From NCBI GenBank assembly GCA_030141605.1, contig JAQGDQ010000219.1, forward strand, positions 186,001 through 250,000: 64,000 nucleotides of DNA. Direction: 5' to 3'. Shown in pieces: positions 1-48,889 of this stretch; the stretch's first letter is position 1; each line of letters opens with the position of its first letter. The position numbers and the translations under genes are program-made. The notes beneath the pieces were generated by a model, which saw nothing but the letters and a program-made list of their open reading frames with translations, was not told the DNA's origin and made no database searches. This DNA comes from Tubiluchus corallicola (taxonomy: Eukaryota > Animalia > Priapulida).

Positions 1-314
1 CAGCTATACGAATATTCAGGAAGATTTGGAAATCACCGAAATTACAAAATGAAGCTATTTTGGAATTGAAAGGGTTGCAAAAGAGAGGAAAATACCTAAA
101 CAAAATAGGCATCATACAACAGAAAACAGTTAGCAAATGTAAAATTAGGAAATATATTTAGATTTTCTATTTATATAGATGCAAGCACAGTATATATTCA
201 GTATAGTTCAGTAGAAAATGCAATAAGTAGTTAGAAACAATAATTATATAGTACTGATATCTCAAAATCTTAGCTACCTGGTGAAAACATTAAAACTGGA
301 AATTAAATCATTAC

Positions 315-722
315 CGTAGATAAGTTTCCCCGTCGTAACCACCAAGAGTATATATACACCCATCTAAAACAGCAACGCCTAGTGTGCTACGCCGACGACT
401 CATATCTGGAAGGCTATTCCACAGGTTCGTTTCTGGATCCCAGCACAGTACGGAGGCACTATGGTGATGGTGTGACATACTTGATTTGTTGGAGAAACCA
501 CATACGATGCCACCTAGCAGATATACTTTGTTGTTAAATGTCAACATTCCGCATTCAAATCTGCGCTCAGGCAAACGCTGAACTTCTGTCCACGTGTCAT
601 TGCCCGGGACATACATTTCTATGCTGCAAAAAAGAAACTGATGATTATTTTATTTTTAGTAACCTGAATTTGTTTTACACAAGTTACTTGCACGTGTACT
701 ATCAGTATCAAAGGAAGTAGTA

Positions 723-758
<36 letters not shown>

Positions 759-2355
759 ATTTTTTATAGTTCAATATTTTAACACAATTTTCATACGTAA
801 CACTGCAAAAATAGCTAGCTTGGTTTATATCATTATCACCATTAGCATCAATTGATTATCATTGTCATCAGCATTAATACCAGCATCGCTGTCATTATTA
901 TCATCACCAACACCAACATCGTCATTATTGTTTTCTCGCATCTGTTTGGTTCGCTCCATTTAACTTTTTTTGTTGTTTATGTCATTAATTTAGTCTTATC
1001 CATGTTGAGCGCAGCTTGTAAGTTAATTTCTTCTGCTGCACTCATAGCACTGTAACGCATTGTTAATTTGCAATTTTATAACTTTTATTTTTTATATTGT
1101 GCTAAATGGATGAATAAATAAATCTAAAATAGATCTAAATATATATATATATAATATATATATACTAAGTAGGACATTTGAACATTCTCAAAACCGCATA
1201 GTTACACTCTTAATTAAAACTTTATGCAACTGTCACAAATTTGTCATTTTGTAAGCGCATCCAAAAACTGTACACTTAATTGACATTACGCATCAATTTG
1301 GTCACAGAACTTGCTATTACAAAAAATAGGAAATGTGGATAAATGTATAGTAAGATGTGGGCATTAAAAACTAACTAGCTGGCATGTATCTTTAATGCAA
1401 AAGTCACTGCCAGTGAATTAGAAAATGGGTAAGGCTGTCTAAAGAGATGCTGAGAGTGGTGAGGCTGATTTATTGGAACAATTAACTGCAGATGGGCAGC
1501 TTTCTTCCAAATGTCAGAGACAAAATAAATACAAGATAAGTAAAAAAAGTTGAAAGTGCTATTTTATAAAAGTTACATGTTAGTTAAGGCTGTGGTATTT
1601 ATGGGTGAGGAAATGCTGAGTAGGCCTACTCCTGCAATAAAAAAAAATCTATTTTAGTTAGAGGACATATTACAATGTTACACACTTCTTGTGACACCTA
1701 ACTTAAAATGTCAATTCTTTACCTGAGCATAATAAAATTGTTTTACTGTCATTGCAAGTCAGATGCCAGACCAAATTTAAATGAATACAGATCTTTCTAG
1801 TTCAGACATACTGCTAGAAATATTAATTTCTACTTTTTAATTATTGTTTTTGCCAATTGTTCACTATAAAATTCAAGTCACCTCTGTAAGCAAATTTAAT
1901 TATAAATTAAAGTAAAATCAACATTATAATTTAAAACAGCCCGCACAAAACATGTATCAAAAGCGTAAATTTGTTCAAACTTTAGAGCTGGTTATAGCTT
2001 ACAAAGAGCCACCCTTGCAAAGATTCTGGTTGCGGAACCAATGCTTTCTAACATCTCACAACTTTTGACAGTGTCCTTGGACAACTTTACCTAATAACGC
2101 CCATATATGTCGTGCTTTGACAAGATCTTTTTACTTAAAGATGGCCTTCCTTGTAATGCGCATAGCTAACACAGAATAAAAATACAAGTTTGCTCAACAT
2201 TGCTTTACAAATATTAATAGCATGAAATGTGTTCCTGTTCACTGCGTGCACGTTATCAATTATTATTTTGCTGTTCTTTCAATTAGTGATCTTATTCAAA
2301 GTCTTGGCATTGAAAACGAAACAAATTGAAATGTAGAATTAAGATTAAAAGGCTT

Positions 2356-2416
<61 letters not shown>

Positions 2417-5400
2417 CGAGGAGTCTGAAAAAGTGCAACTACCAAACACAGGAACTACTTGAGCCATTTATTTATAGCTTTTTCAAAGCTGTACGCAGTT
2501 TGTGTGGCTCACTATATGACATTTATACATGTGCTTCCATTTTCTTCCCTGTTAGAAGGCTTCTCAACTTACACATTACCCACCAAACATATACGTGTAT
2601 TTGTATAGATAGTTGATGTAAATGTTAACAGACTGAACTAAAATAAAAAGTAAAAACACTGCTGATCGAATCTTTTCGCCCGAATGATTGAGCATTAATC
2701 AAAGGTACCGCACAATACACGTCATTAAAGTCATCAGAGTATAAGTAATGTTTCTTTTACTTAGATAAGTCTAGATATTTCTACCACTGATATAAGAAAA
2801 CAGTAACATATTCAATCTTTAGCCACCTTGGACTTGGGGTTTTCTTGTAAGGAGACGCTTTTCCAAGTGACCAAACACATGGAATCGAAACAGTAAACAT
2901 TTTATATTTCTCGGATATTTAGCTTATTTGTAAAGAGAGCAAGACGCAAGCAGTCTATAAGAATAATTCTGTATCAGTATCAGTCAGCCCCCAGGGTACT
3001 GAACAACCTGATCAAAATATCGAATCGTCGTTGACTCGCAAGTATGCATGCACTACTATTTTCGTTCGATACCAGCTTAATTAGTTCCCACTTAACACCG
3101 TAGTAACGGCGTACGGATAGTGAGGTCGTTACTCGTTAGAGATTCATTATACGCCACCGTTGCAATCCATCAAAAACCTAAAGTGTTCAGTTATTAGTAA
3201 CTACAATTTACCTAGTTCATCTGATAAAGTAGTACTAGTCTATATAATAATTTGTTTTTCTTGACGACTCTCATTTAGTAAGTGCTTACAGCACTACAAT
3301 ATTAAATAAAGCTGTTTAACTAACATTGTGCATGCCTCGACCTTGTCCAGGCCAGACAAAGACAATAAGCCTAAACTGAATTATAAACAGAATAAAAAAT
3401 GGCTGTTGAAATTCCTGAAAATCTTCCTGATAGAAAAAAATAAAAACAACTTTACTTGGCTTAAAGCAAAAACTTAATAATCAAGTCCTACTATAAGATT
3501 TTAATAGCTTGTGTAATGGTGTAAAGTCAAAATTACTTACCATAGTGCGACTTGTTTTAGATTAATATTTTTTGGTAGAAAATTTATAAGTTTAATCGGA
3601 TAAGGCTAATTCTGACCTCAAACAACTTTAAGTTATACAAATTAAAGTAAACAAAGCGCCTTGTGTAATTTATAAAATGAAGGAAATAAAAAATTTCATT
3701 CCAGGCTACCCAGTCTACCAGGCGTCGTTCTGTGCACTGTGCAGACGCCAAGTCTGAATTGAGACTTTTTAACTATGCATTTATTTCAGTTTTAAAGTGT
3801 TTTTACAAAATTTTAAAATTAATAAACACATAATTTAAAGGAAAGGTATCCCTATTTAAAAGAAAGGTAATTCATTTGCTTATAAAATTATAGAGCTGAA
3901 TAAATCCAATTCAATTCAGGTTAAACATTACACAGCCATTGGCCATACGGGCCTCGTTTTTTCATGCCTTGAAGCTTTCAAGTTATGACTGTTATTAATG
4001 CAGTAACTGGAGCTGTTCCATTTCATTTTCAGTGCTGAAAAGTTTAAACCGTTCAACCTATTTTAAACCGTTGACGTGTTTCAGACCACTAATATTTTCA
4101 ATAACGGCACATCTTTAAAGCTGTACCAAATGTGTGACAATAAAAATTGCCTGTTTCATACTTCACATTGCTTCTTTTCTGTCAGAATAATACAATTAAT
4201 TTAATTTTTCTTGTGATTAATTTACAGCTTAGAATAACCAAATTTATTGGGTATATTCATTACATATAAATTTAATGTCAATCCTAGTTCACATGTAAGC
4301 AGAATGAGTTCGTCCTTTTCACATCTCCTTTCGGACAGATCCGGTTTAAAAAATTAATCCTGTGGGAATTTACTATAAAATTAATCATATCCTGTTAGAA
4401 TTGTTTCAGGGACATAATAAGAAACCTGCATCCAGAGACAAAAGTGACCCGAATTGGTACTTGTTTATCACTTCGTGATTCACAGTTAGCTGCTCTGAAG
4501 AGGCTTCGTTGCTGTGCAAGAGATAATTATTACGCAGAAAATACAAAAGATTCGTCTCAAATCTTAATGAGTTCTTGTGCAATTGCATTCGATGTGGGAT
4601 TTACCCCGGGGTTTTGCGTGATATGCAACCTGAACCTGCTTAAGATTACTATCCTTAGGAGAAAGTATAGATGTAAAGCGTAATTAGTTGTAATATGAGC
4701 GTACGTCGTGACTACTCGCGAAGCGCTTTTCGCTATTAGTGGCATGTGCACATTCGTACAATTTATGCGGATGAGATAACGGCAACGGAACACCTGAGAC
4801 GCTTTGCTAACTTTCTTAATTCAATGCAAGTCAAAGCGATCAGGTGTCACGCAACTGGATGAACTATAGTCACCATTACTGTTGCTTCTTTTTTTCCTTG
4901 GTTTTGGAGAGTACTGGGGACAAAAAACATCATTTACATACCCTAGGGCATAAGTCATAAACAATTCTCAAAAGATACTTAAAAACAGCGCATAGTGCAA
5001 AAATATAAGAAAGCGAGAAGCCACATGCTTAATCAGCGTATTCAAAATTATTCATCTGCTGTTTCAGTCCACACACCATTCTATCACCAAAACCACTTGG
5101 CCATCCGCCCCCAATTTAAAGTTCTTCTTTTCAACCCTCACGGCCTCACCAATTTCTGCTTCAAACGCTCCTAAGATCCACTTACCAAGGTAAGTACATG
5201 TACTAAAATACCGCAGAAAAGCTGTTTGGCATACTACTAATCAGCCTTCGTCAGAATTTCATTTTAGTTGTTGGTTTTATTATACAAGTTACCATGAATA
5301 TTTTTTAATCGACACATCTTTATTTGCTTGTTAATTCCCTAAAGCAAAATTCAGTGCAAAATAAGTGAGCGCGATTTCATGGAATTGCGCTACGTTAATG

Positions 5401-8400
5401 GATCATGTCTGTAATTATAGCCGAATTTTAACGCATAAATAGCTCATAATTATAAATAATGGCACAGAAGCGAAACGTCCCTAAGTATACTGCAGGGAGT
5501 AGTAAGCACCATCTATTAAAACACCAAAAGCAAACTCATGAAAGACAAGTGATAGATGGGCTACATACTTATAGAAGGATTAGCTCTCGCTAACTTAAAT
5601 ATTTATTTCTAACCGTATTATTTCAATTTGTTTGGCTCATTGAAGTGTCTGTAAAATAGCTCTGCAAATCTTACCAGAGCGAAGCAACCAATAACATTAC
5701 ACTGTACCAAGAAAATAAAACCATTGTGTTAAAAAGATTTAGCACTGATCCTCCTCTTAGCCTAAATCTGCTAAATCGAAAGAGGATAACGTAATTTTAT
5801 AAACTTCCTGGAACAGAGCAACAAAATATTATTCATCAATGCCATTAAAATTATTGCAACAAACGGGTTATTTATTTAGAAGTGTCAAAAACACTTGAAG
5901 ACTTAATCGTCTCGCAACAAACATTTGCACACATTAGTGACATTATGTTACGATAATTGACTGATGAACTTAACTTTTCGAGGAAGTGCACTGCATGGTT
6001 GTGATTTCATAACTAGCTTGCGTGTCAGTGGGCCGCTCTGGTGGCTCATGCGATTCCAGTAATATTAAATCATTTAAAACTGCACGTTAAAAAATCTCCA
6101 ATTGGTTCATCATCACTACAGAACGTTCGGTCAAAATTCCTTTAGACTCCTCGTAAGTTTCTTGGGTTTCAAATATCAGAAGCACTAATTAGGTATCAAA
6201 TTAGTTAATTACCAAACAGTTGTTTATTCTACCAGATGTACTTTACGCACATTATAACATTAGAAGCACAATTAGTCAGCCAAGCACATTAATGCACATT
6301 ATTTTGTGATGCAAGGTAACCACGTAGTAAGTAGCTCAATTCAGTTTGCTACTGGTCCTTCAAACCACTTCTAGTTTTTTGCTCAATAATATAGTATATA
6401 GGTGACAACTTAATACTATATCGGTAAAAAAAGTCTGCAATAGGCTGATAAAATTCTATTCAACTAGGGATATAATTTCCATTGTAATCCTAAGGAAGAT
6501 ATCATATTCAATTATCCTTAGTAAATTAATGAGGTAGACTTTCCATTTTAGTACTGGGTAAATTATACTCAAATGGGAGGCACTCCCAGAGGATATGGAA
6601 ACTTCGTTGTCATCGCCCCTTTCACTTTTTCGTTGGATGGCACCTAAAATTTGAGTACTTTCAGCATCTGTACACTCAACAACAAATTTTTATTATTATA
6701 CAAAATACAAGTTATACAATCCACTGAAAGAAATATTTCCCTTTTTACTTTTTTGCAATTAAAAACGAAAATTATTTCAATAAACAATTCAAAATAGCGG
6801 AAGAACCGATAATCTATTAGAGATTGCAAGAATAGAAATGTAGCCCGACAGTTTGTAAAATGCGACGTGGGTATATAAATTCAACTTTTAGGCGCTTTTC
6901 ACATGATAATAAGATAATAAGATAATGCCTGTTTAGTTTGATATTAAAACAGGATGAATTAACATCCACGTCAGAGATTCGATAATGTTAAATTAATAAA
7001 TAGACACTTAAACACCGTCTTCGAAGAACAGACATCTAGTCTGGGGCAAAGACGCTGCCAATTTAACTGTACCATGAAGAAGTACCTCCTAACATTTTCA
7101 AAAAGTAAAATTTACATTATGCTAGCTAATTAATATAAAAAAAGAACTAAAACAGCTATATAGTTAAAGTGGACCAATGTTAAATCAAGAAAAAGCCAAT
7201 TAAGCAAAAATCAATCAAGAATCTACAGCGCTCTATTTAGTTCTCAAGTATTCAGATATAGCTCTGCTACTGTAGAAATATATTAAGTAGGTCTGTCGCG
7301 ATCACATTATAAAATGTTCACCTTGTCCCATTATTGAAATTCGATAGCAAACAATCTTATTAATTGCCTATACCTACTGATAGTCTATATAATATATTGT
7401 ATTATTCTATATTATAAAACGTTGCGTAAAAAAATGTGCCGACGTTTTGCGCACCATATTATAAGAAGAAAATAACGGAACCGCTTGACAATTACCACAA
7501 TGATGTTACAGACGCTACAAATACAAAAAATTTAGGTCATATCTTTAGATTTTTCCAAACTATAGAAATTTTAAAATAAGTTAAAAATGGAAATGCCGGG
7601 GAAAGATTTGTGTCATTATGTGTCCACTATTTTCACAACAAACTAGATGAAGGAATTTCTTCCAAAAGCTAGTACAGTCTCTCACTTCTTTAAAGAGTAT
7701 ATTTGTTCCTAGCATTCAACAATTTTTGTCTTTAGTTGCCCTGTATCAGACAGCTAAGTGTGGTTGCCGTACACTTTCTCTGGAAATTCCATATACGTAA
7801 TTCAGACGATAAGTCCCATTTTGTTTATAACAAATCTTCATCTGTGCTTTATCTTTTGTGGCGAAAACCATGATGTAACCTGGTTGATTTCTTTCTTTAT
7901 TACTTTACTGCCATGTACTGAATGGCTGCTTTTCAACGGACGTTTAAATGCCATTGTTCCAGGATTTAAATTGCTAACCTGTACAAAAGTTTTTCGCCCC
8001 CAACTACAAAACTACTAAACTATAAACTTGTAATTTTCACAGCAAAAAGTTAATGCATTATAATATTACACTGCGGGTAACTCGTTTCCAATATTAAGTG
8101 TCTATCTTTCTATAATTTATTTAATCACGTGTAAACAATTATACAGTCTTGTAATTTTAAACCCATTTCACCAAAACATTTAGATATAAGCCAAAAATAT
8201 GGGTAGCAGCAGTTGTCCTACTGCCATTCAAACAGTAGTACTCCCCATCTATGAAAAACTCAAATATTACTAGCCCTATACTGATGGCTCATAACACCCA
8301 TTTAAGTGATAATTGGACATATATTTGGGCTACGCCTAAAATAAATTACATACACATGTATGTGTGTGCACACTGTGAAACCTCCACAGTCTGTGGAGAT

Positions 8401-10016
8401 TTCAAACTATCTAATTAATGCTAGGATTAGCTCCTCAAGGTTATTTGTACAAACTCCACAAATAAGAGACGCGTACTTTTTTCAGGTTCTAAGGGAAACA
8501 AATATTATAGGATAGGCAACAATACCCAATAGATCTATTTCGCTCAAGTCAGTTGTCATTGCTATGTTTACCCTGATAATGGGTGTAGTGTTACAGTACT
8601 TATGCTGGCAACATAGACTACACAAAAGCAGATTTCTATGCATAAAATTAATTAGTATTAATTTTGCATTTTAAATAGAATTTTGGCTACGAAACTCCAC
8701 ACTAAAATTTGAATGTCATGTGACTAGAAAGAATTTTACTAATATATTAGATGATTTCGTGTTTTATTTCCCAAGAAAACCACCTAATGGGCATCGTGAT
8801 TTCAAGGTCAGCCAAAGGAAGAAGATGCCACAGTTCCAGTTATGGTGACTGATAAATTATTTGCTAAGAGAAGCTAATGTCTTAGATACCAACTAATATT
8901 TAAAAAATTTCAAAGATGTACATGGCAAAACTAAAAGAATAACCTATTATAGATTGCTGCATCACAACTGTAGTCGTTTTTGATTTCTTCATTCAACGTC
9001 GACATTTACAGGATTAACCACTTCGAATGGATCCAACAACCACATGGACCAATAGTGGGTTCGATATATTTCAACTATGGGTACATGTATGGATTGTACA
9101 TATAATTAGCTTACCTGTCAAGGACAGCAAATAACCCATTTTTTCCACCAGCTGCACACAGAACTTTCGGCGGTCTTCTAGGCCGTGTCACCAATCCCAT
9201 TCCCAATTTCCGATTTGTCCTTACAGCTATGGTACCATGTCGTAGTCGGTGTTCTGGCAGTAGATGATATTTCAGAGCTTCATTCAGCAATTCTCTACAT
9301 GTGTGACTGTCTCTTATCAAGCTGTTAGCTTCATAGCACTTTGTCAAAAACCGCACTGGCAGCAAAGTTAGGCGAACACAATTAAAGAGGTTCTCAAGGG
9401 AAGCAATGCGTTCGTCTGGATCATATTTGATCCACTCTTCTACAGCACTAAACACTGTTTCTTCACTAACTACATTGAGGTCATCACTAGCTAAAATTGA
9501 AACTACTTCGCTTTCGCTGAGTTGCAAAAATTCCTCATATTTACAAACATCTTCAAAATGCTGGAGAAAGAAAACACTTGCCCTGTTGGCAAGCTCGTGG
9601 CACGAGTGCAATTCCGCGAACTTTGCGATACCTATACAGTTACTCGGATCTAGCTGACTACCAAGATATTTGCAGCAATCCTCTTTCACTGTACACAGTT
9701 GAAGCAAATTAGCAGCCGGCAGCAAAGTTTGAACGTTTGCTTCATTGACTAGAGATTTTCCAGTGTATGCAAAATCAATTAGACTCTTCATTGCTAGTTC
9801 GTCAACTGACGGAAATTCAACTTCAGTTTTACCACGTTCAGAAAGATTTCCCGTGAACATAGCATTGAAATAGGGGCTGCAGCTCGCAAGGACGACTTTG
9901 TGGGCATGAATTTTGGATTCGCCAACAATAAGCACAATATCACACAACTCCTGTTGCAAGCGGAGATCATTTAGTCTCTTCAGGATGACATCGGGATAAT
10001 GGACAGGGTGTGCCAT
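315..10016 (-). CDS. KLHL28: Kelch-like protein 28 (BTB-BACK-Kelch Cullin3 adaptor), 5' part; gene continues beyond the left edge
   Basis: Coding exons 10016-9115 (BTB+BACK, ends GLFAVLD, phase-2 GT donor) and 623-315 (AG acceptor, SIEMYVPGNDTW...GGYDGETYL, phase-2 donor) join in frame. Motifs KIHAHKVVLASCSPYFNAMFTGNLSE, YEANSLIRD, LLNEALKYHLLPEHRL and PKVLCAAGGKNGLFA match recalled human KLHL28. In-frame stops upstream of ATG 10016; acceptor at 10095-10096. Confidence 0.93.
2357..2417. repeat. (GT)n followed by short (GA)n microsatellite
   Basis: Directly visible dinucleotide run. Confidence 0.95.
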
Positions 10017-11545
10017 GCTACTGTTTTTGCAACCGAATCAGTTGCTACCGTCGTCCCTTCAGTTTCAGATTCACCAGTTTATTCGACTCTCATCCTGAGA
10101 TAAAGAGAAACAGAAAAAAGCAAATTTTTAAGCAATCACGAACAAAATAAAGCCTTAGAAGATAAACTTAACCTTAGACCTTATTCAACATTCCCGCTTT
10201 ACAAAAAATGTTTGTAGTGCACCAACAGGTTTTACGAAATTATGCTTTTTGAGAATTTTTTGCACTATAGCATGAGTGATCAGCTCCTGAAAAATCCTTC
10301 TTCCCCATAATTCTGGGAAAATTTACAATTTTTAGGACGAAATTCAAGAAAAGACTACGAAAACTTACACAAAAATTCATCAATCTAAACTACTTGAAGA
10401 AAAAAAATTAAAAATTTTTAGGATGAATATATGTCAAGACTGCTTTTTTGGTTAGTTAGGTTCAATACCACTTTCCCTTCCACACATTTGTTGTTTTTAG
10501 ATTAAATAGTTTTATTTGCTAAAGATAGATGGTAGGCTAGTCGAAACATTTCGAGTAGATTGCATTTAATATAACTGCATCATGGCACAGTATTACCATG
10601 TGGTGTTTTTGTTTGTGATAAACCTAGATTCTCGCCTAACAAGATTCTTTTCCTAGCAAACCACTGCATGGAAACAATTCTCCAATTCCTTTCTTTTTTA
10701 TCCCATATGACGAAACATGCCTTCACTTGCTCTCGTAAATAAGGAAATGGAGCGAAATAAGTTGGACTATGAATTATTTTATTTACTTTACATTAGTTGA
10801 AAGTCTTAGTTTTAACTTGAATTAAGTACAAAATTTTGCCTAAAATACTTAGTATTTGTTACTGAACTGAATTGAACTGAAAAAATTGAATTGAAATATT
10901 ACTATAGTATTAGGGTTGTAACAACTACATACATGTATAAGTTTAAATAAGTTCTATAAATACTGAACACCGTGCTTCCACAGTACAACCTCTACCAAAT
11001 GGCAGGCGCTCACATAGTTTAAATGCAAGGTACAATACACTGAATTCCTTTTGTTGCAATTGGATACTTTACAATATTTGACCCTGGTTGAAATCTGAGC
11101 TTAATGAATTTCCTCTCTATAACTGAATAGCTCTTCAATAGTTTGATGCACATGTTGTAGGTCCTAAGGTTTGCAAACAATCCCTAAGTTAAATTGTACT
11201 TACACACAAAGTCCCAGGAACGACTGAACAACACTATTTTTTCACACTATGAAAATTTTTGCCACAGCAGAAGTTAGCCATTAACAGATGGGCCAGGTAA
11301 TTACTAAGTCTTATCAATGCAAGTCAGTATGAGTAACATGCAGTCTGTAACCACTTCAGATTACCTCCAACGTTTCTCGAATAAGGCATGCAAGTAGTAA
11401 GTCTGCACAACGTATTAATTTAAAACAAAGTTAAGATAAACTACTCCGAAAATCATAATTCAATTCAATATAATTTGAAAACACGACAGTGGCCGCATTA
11501 CTAATTAACTTGACAGCTTTGCTCAACTTCTCTTTCACTGTTTAC

Positions 11546-11635
11546 CTGGCAGTTTGGTACCAAAACAGGCAGCATTCGCAGCATCGTGGGCTGGACAGTG
11601 GATGGAGCGAGTGCCCTGCCATCTATTAGCGGCTT
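11546..11635 (-). promoter_or_regulatory. Probable non-coding first exon and promoter of KLHL28
   Basis: GC/CpG-richer patch ending in a CAG|GTAAAC donor (GT at 11545-11544), upstream of the acceptor at 10095-10096. Contains a CTCF-like CTAATAGATGGCAG. The splice link is inferred. Confidence 0.4.
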
Positions 11636-14600
11636 TCAAAATTATTAAAAATTTGTAAATTTCAATAATCATTAATTTTTCCATGCCAATAGAATTGTTT
11701 TTATTATTAAGTTCTAAATACCAAAAAGCAAATTGTTTTTATGTCAGAGGAGTAAATGTTAAATTATAATACATTTATGCTGAAGTACAAATCTCGTCTT
11801 GCATTATTGTAAACATAGTTTATAAAACAAGATATTGTAAAACAGAAAAACAGGAGTAAAATTAATGCCAAAAATTATAACACATTTACAATGAGGGACA
11901 AGTCAATTAGGCACAAAATTGCAATAGTTAACCTGTCCTATAAAATAAATAAATAGAAGAACAGTGCTTTTATCTCATTTTTGTTGTTTCTCACATTATT
12001 CTTTTGATAAACTTTATGCAAAAGTTTAACACTCTTTCTATATGGTGGTACATAACTATATTATTATAAATTATTATTGCTAAGTACATATTTCCTTTTC
12101 AACAGACTCAGAAACATAATGAAAAACAATAAGAAAAACTAAAACCAGGTAATTAGTGCATAAAATGCTTTATTACTACACTAAAATTATAATCTCATGT
12201 AATTCACGTGTATAAGATGGAATGTAATAAATTATAATCATATAAATACTGCTACTTTCCACAAAAATTTTACATTGTGTAATAATTTAGCTGAATATGA
12301 ATCAGATTGTTGACAATGCAGCTTTTACATTCAGTTTGCATTTCTCACAGCAAAAATGAAAAAAAGGTGGAAAAATTATTTGGCACAATTAAATGTAGAT
12401 AACGAATTCCTACACTAAAACAACAAATACTAAACAATAAATGGGTTGATTGTCGTACAGTGAGGCACACAAGCAAAAGTATTCAGAATGTGAGATGGGT
12501 ATTTGGATTATTGCACTAATGTTGGTACTAGTGAAAAACATCAAAATCATGTCACACTAATGACACAAAAATTCTAGAAATATTTACTACCAAGTGGTTT
12601 ACAAACCTAAATGGATTGGAATAAGTTTTTCATTCCATTAGATTAAACGAAGGAAAAGATAACAAAAGGTATGAATTGAAAGCAAGGGTAGACGGTCTGC
12701 TAGAGGAAAACACATGCTCTAGTCTAAATGATAATTAATAACTGAAATAAAAACAAGTAAAGGTTGTTGGATTTGTTAAACAATCATGGCTTCTTAAAAA
12801 TGCTTCAAAGCACTGCAGGGTTTACGTTGACAAACCTTGTGATCCAAAGTCTATAACTTTCCTTGCTTCCTTTTTATCTCACGGAACTGCAAGCGCCTTG
12901 TAATCTACCCATTTAATCAGCTAACCAAGCAGCAAGGAAACCATTGTGTACACAAGCTCTACTTGTATTCTTGCTAAGTAGTCTTGAAACAGTATAATTA
13001 ATTGGATATTAAACTGTTTTTAAGACTGCAAATTTCCTGCCATTTTGATAAGAAGCTTGTTTTTTATATACGAAGCAAAATTCACCAAGTTACTTGAAAC
13101 ATCTTCAATATTAAAACCAGAAAAACGAAAAATAAGTTACTCACTCCAAGTTTGTACTTCTGAAACTGTGGCATGTACTACCTATTATCATTCAAGCCTA
13201 GTTTTTCATTTTCACAAATCAAAGTATTACAGCTGTTATTTTTTTCAATTAGTATTATTACAAAGCCATTACTTTGCTAAGTATTTATCTTTAATAGATA
13301 AAGGTAACCTTAAAACTGTTTTTAAAAAATAATATTTTGAATGTGCAGCTAAAGGGGTTTATTAGAGTAAGGGAGCACAGAGTTGCAGACAGACAGTCTG
13401 CAAAACGAATGGGTCTATCATCAATGGTATAGGTATAGGAAAGTAAAATCATTTTTTACCATACAATATGGCACACTTACACAGGTATCAGCAATGAACC
13501 AGAAGTTAGGACTTGTAAATGCACTGATACGATTTCTAGCTTATTACTTAACATCAGATAAGAAATTGGGTCAAAGGAAGACTTTTCAATGCATGTAAAG
13601 CACCCAACATCAAAGGCCTGCACATAAATGCTAAAAATAGACAGAATAATACTTGTAATGTGGATCACATGCACGACATTTACAGCTGAATTAATCAACG
13701 GCAATAATGACAAGCTCAGTTCATGTGCTGCTGAAGACTTGTTAGCAGAAGAAAATGTTATCAAACAATGTTGCAGCTTTTGTCTTTTTTCAGCTGACAC
13801 AAGCAAGATCAGAGTTCAGAAAGCTCAAGCTGCACACGACACATGCTGAGATGAAATTGTGTAACCATGCGACATCTATTAAAAGATATTCTAGCAAAAG
13901 ATCAAAAACCTATCACAATATAATACAGATTTTATAAAAATGAATAAAAAACACACCTAAATAAGTGCACAGCTACATAATGTTATAACGTACCACTTCA
14001 TTACATAAAATGAAAAGAACTATACTACCTCACTCAGTTTTATTTCATTTCCTAGCTAATTCTTTCCTATTACCACAATTATTCTGATTATAGTGACTAT
14101 TATACTTTACTTTGTTTTTAAGCAAAATCTAGGCTTTCTACATTTTTAATGTAAAAAAGCAATTCAGAGTAAATGCGAGCAAAGTTAGCGTTTTGGATGT
14201 CGTTAACAGCCTAAAAACAAATTTTAAAAATTGAGTGAAACAACAATTAATGTACATCTGAAGATCCAAACAATTCTGCTTGCAAAGAAGAAATAGTTTA
14301 TAAACTAATCATTGGTTAGCATTAGTCAGCACTATTACAGCAGTGCTGGAAAAACTGATTGCTCATTCACAGGTCATTACAATTATTATACACAAGAGAG
14401 AAATTGCATAACACAGTTTTTGTTGTCATTATTATCGTATTACAAATAGTTTTTACAAATAGCTTCAGTTACTGCACAGTTTAGCAGTTTAGAAATATAT
14501 ATATCATGAATTTTGTTCCTTTTAAAGTTTCAATATGTTTTTTTTAAATCTAAATTCCATGATAAAATCTCTGCTACTTTAAATGGGAATAATAGAGTGA

Positions 14601-14878
14601 AATGAAATTTCTAGCACAAAATAAAATTTTCTAGAATATACTTTTGCGTCTGCACTTGTAAAAATGTCAAATTTAAACCAGAGTAACTGGAGAAGAATGT
14701 AACCATAAATGTAAAAATCATAATTTCACATGACATAAAATGGCAAGAAGCCTTCTAACAAATTGTCTTCATGGCCTAGTTAAATCCTAGTTAAAATAAT
14801 TACTGTGCGTTATTACTTATTAGGCTACATGGGTAAGCACCTGAGTAAAGAAGCAACACAGCTTAAAAACATTTTTGA

Positions 14879-48889
<34,011 letters not shown>

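Noticed and set aside
3710-3757. GC-rich hairpin as a pre-miRNA
   Set aside because: Stem is too short and interrupted for a canonical precursor.
7758-8018. Possible nested coding exon in the KLHL28 intron
   Set aside because: Non-ATG start and no recognisable motif; splicing KLHL28 to the nearby minus-strand acceptor gives an almost immediate stop.
9406-9657. Plus-strand ORF overlapping KLHL28
   Set aside because: Antisense shadow of the BTB/BACK exon.
13477-13937. Cluster of overlapping short ORFs, one resembling a signal peptide plus cysteines (13628-13849)
   Set aside because: Lies in the probable ABC 3' UTR with background composition, a weak hydrophobic core and no processing sites or supporting splice or promoter signals.
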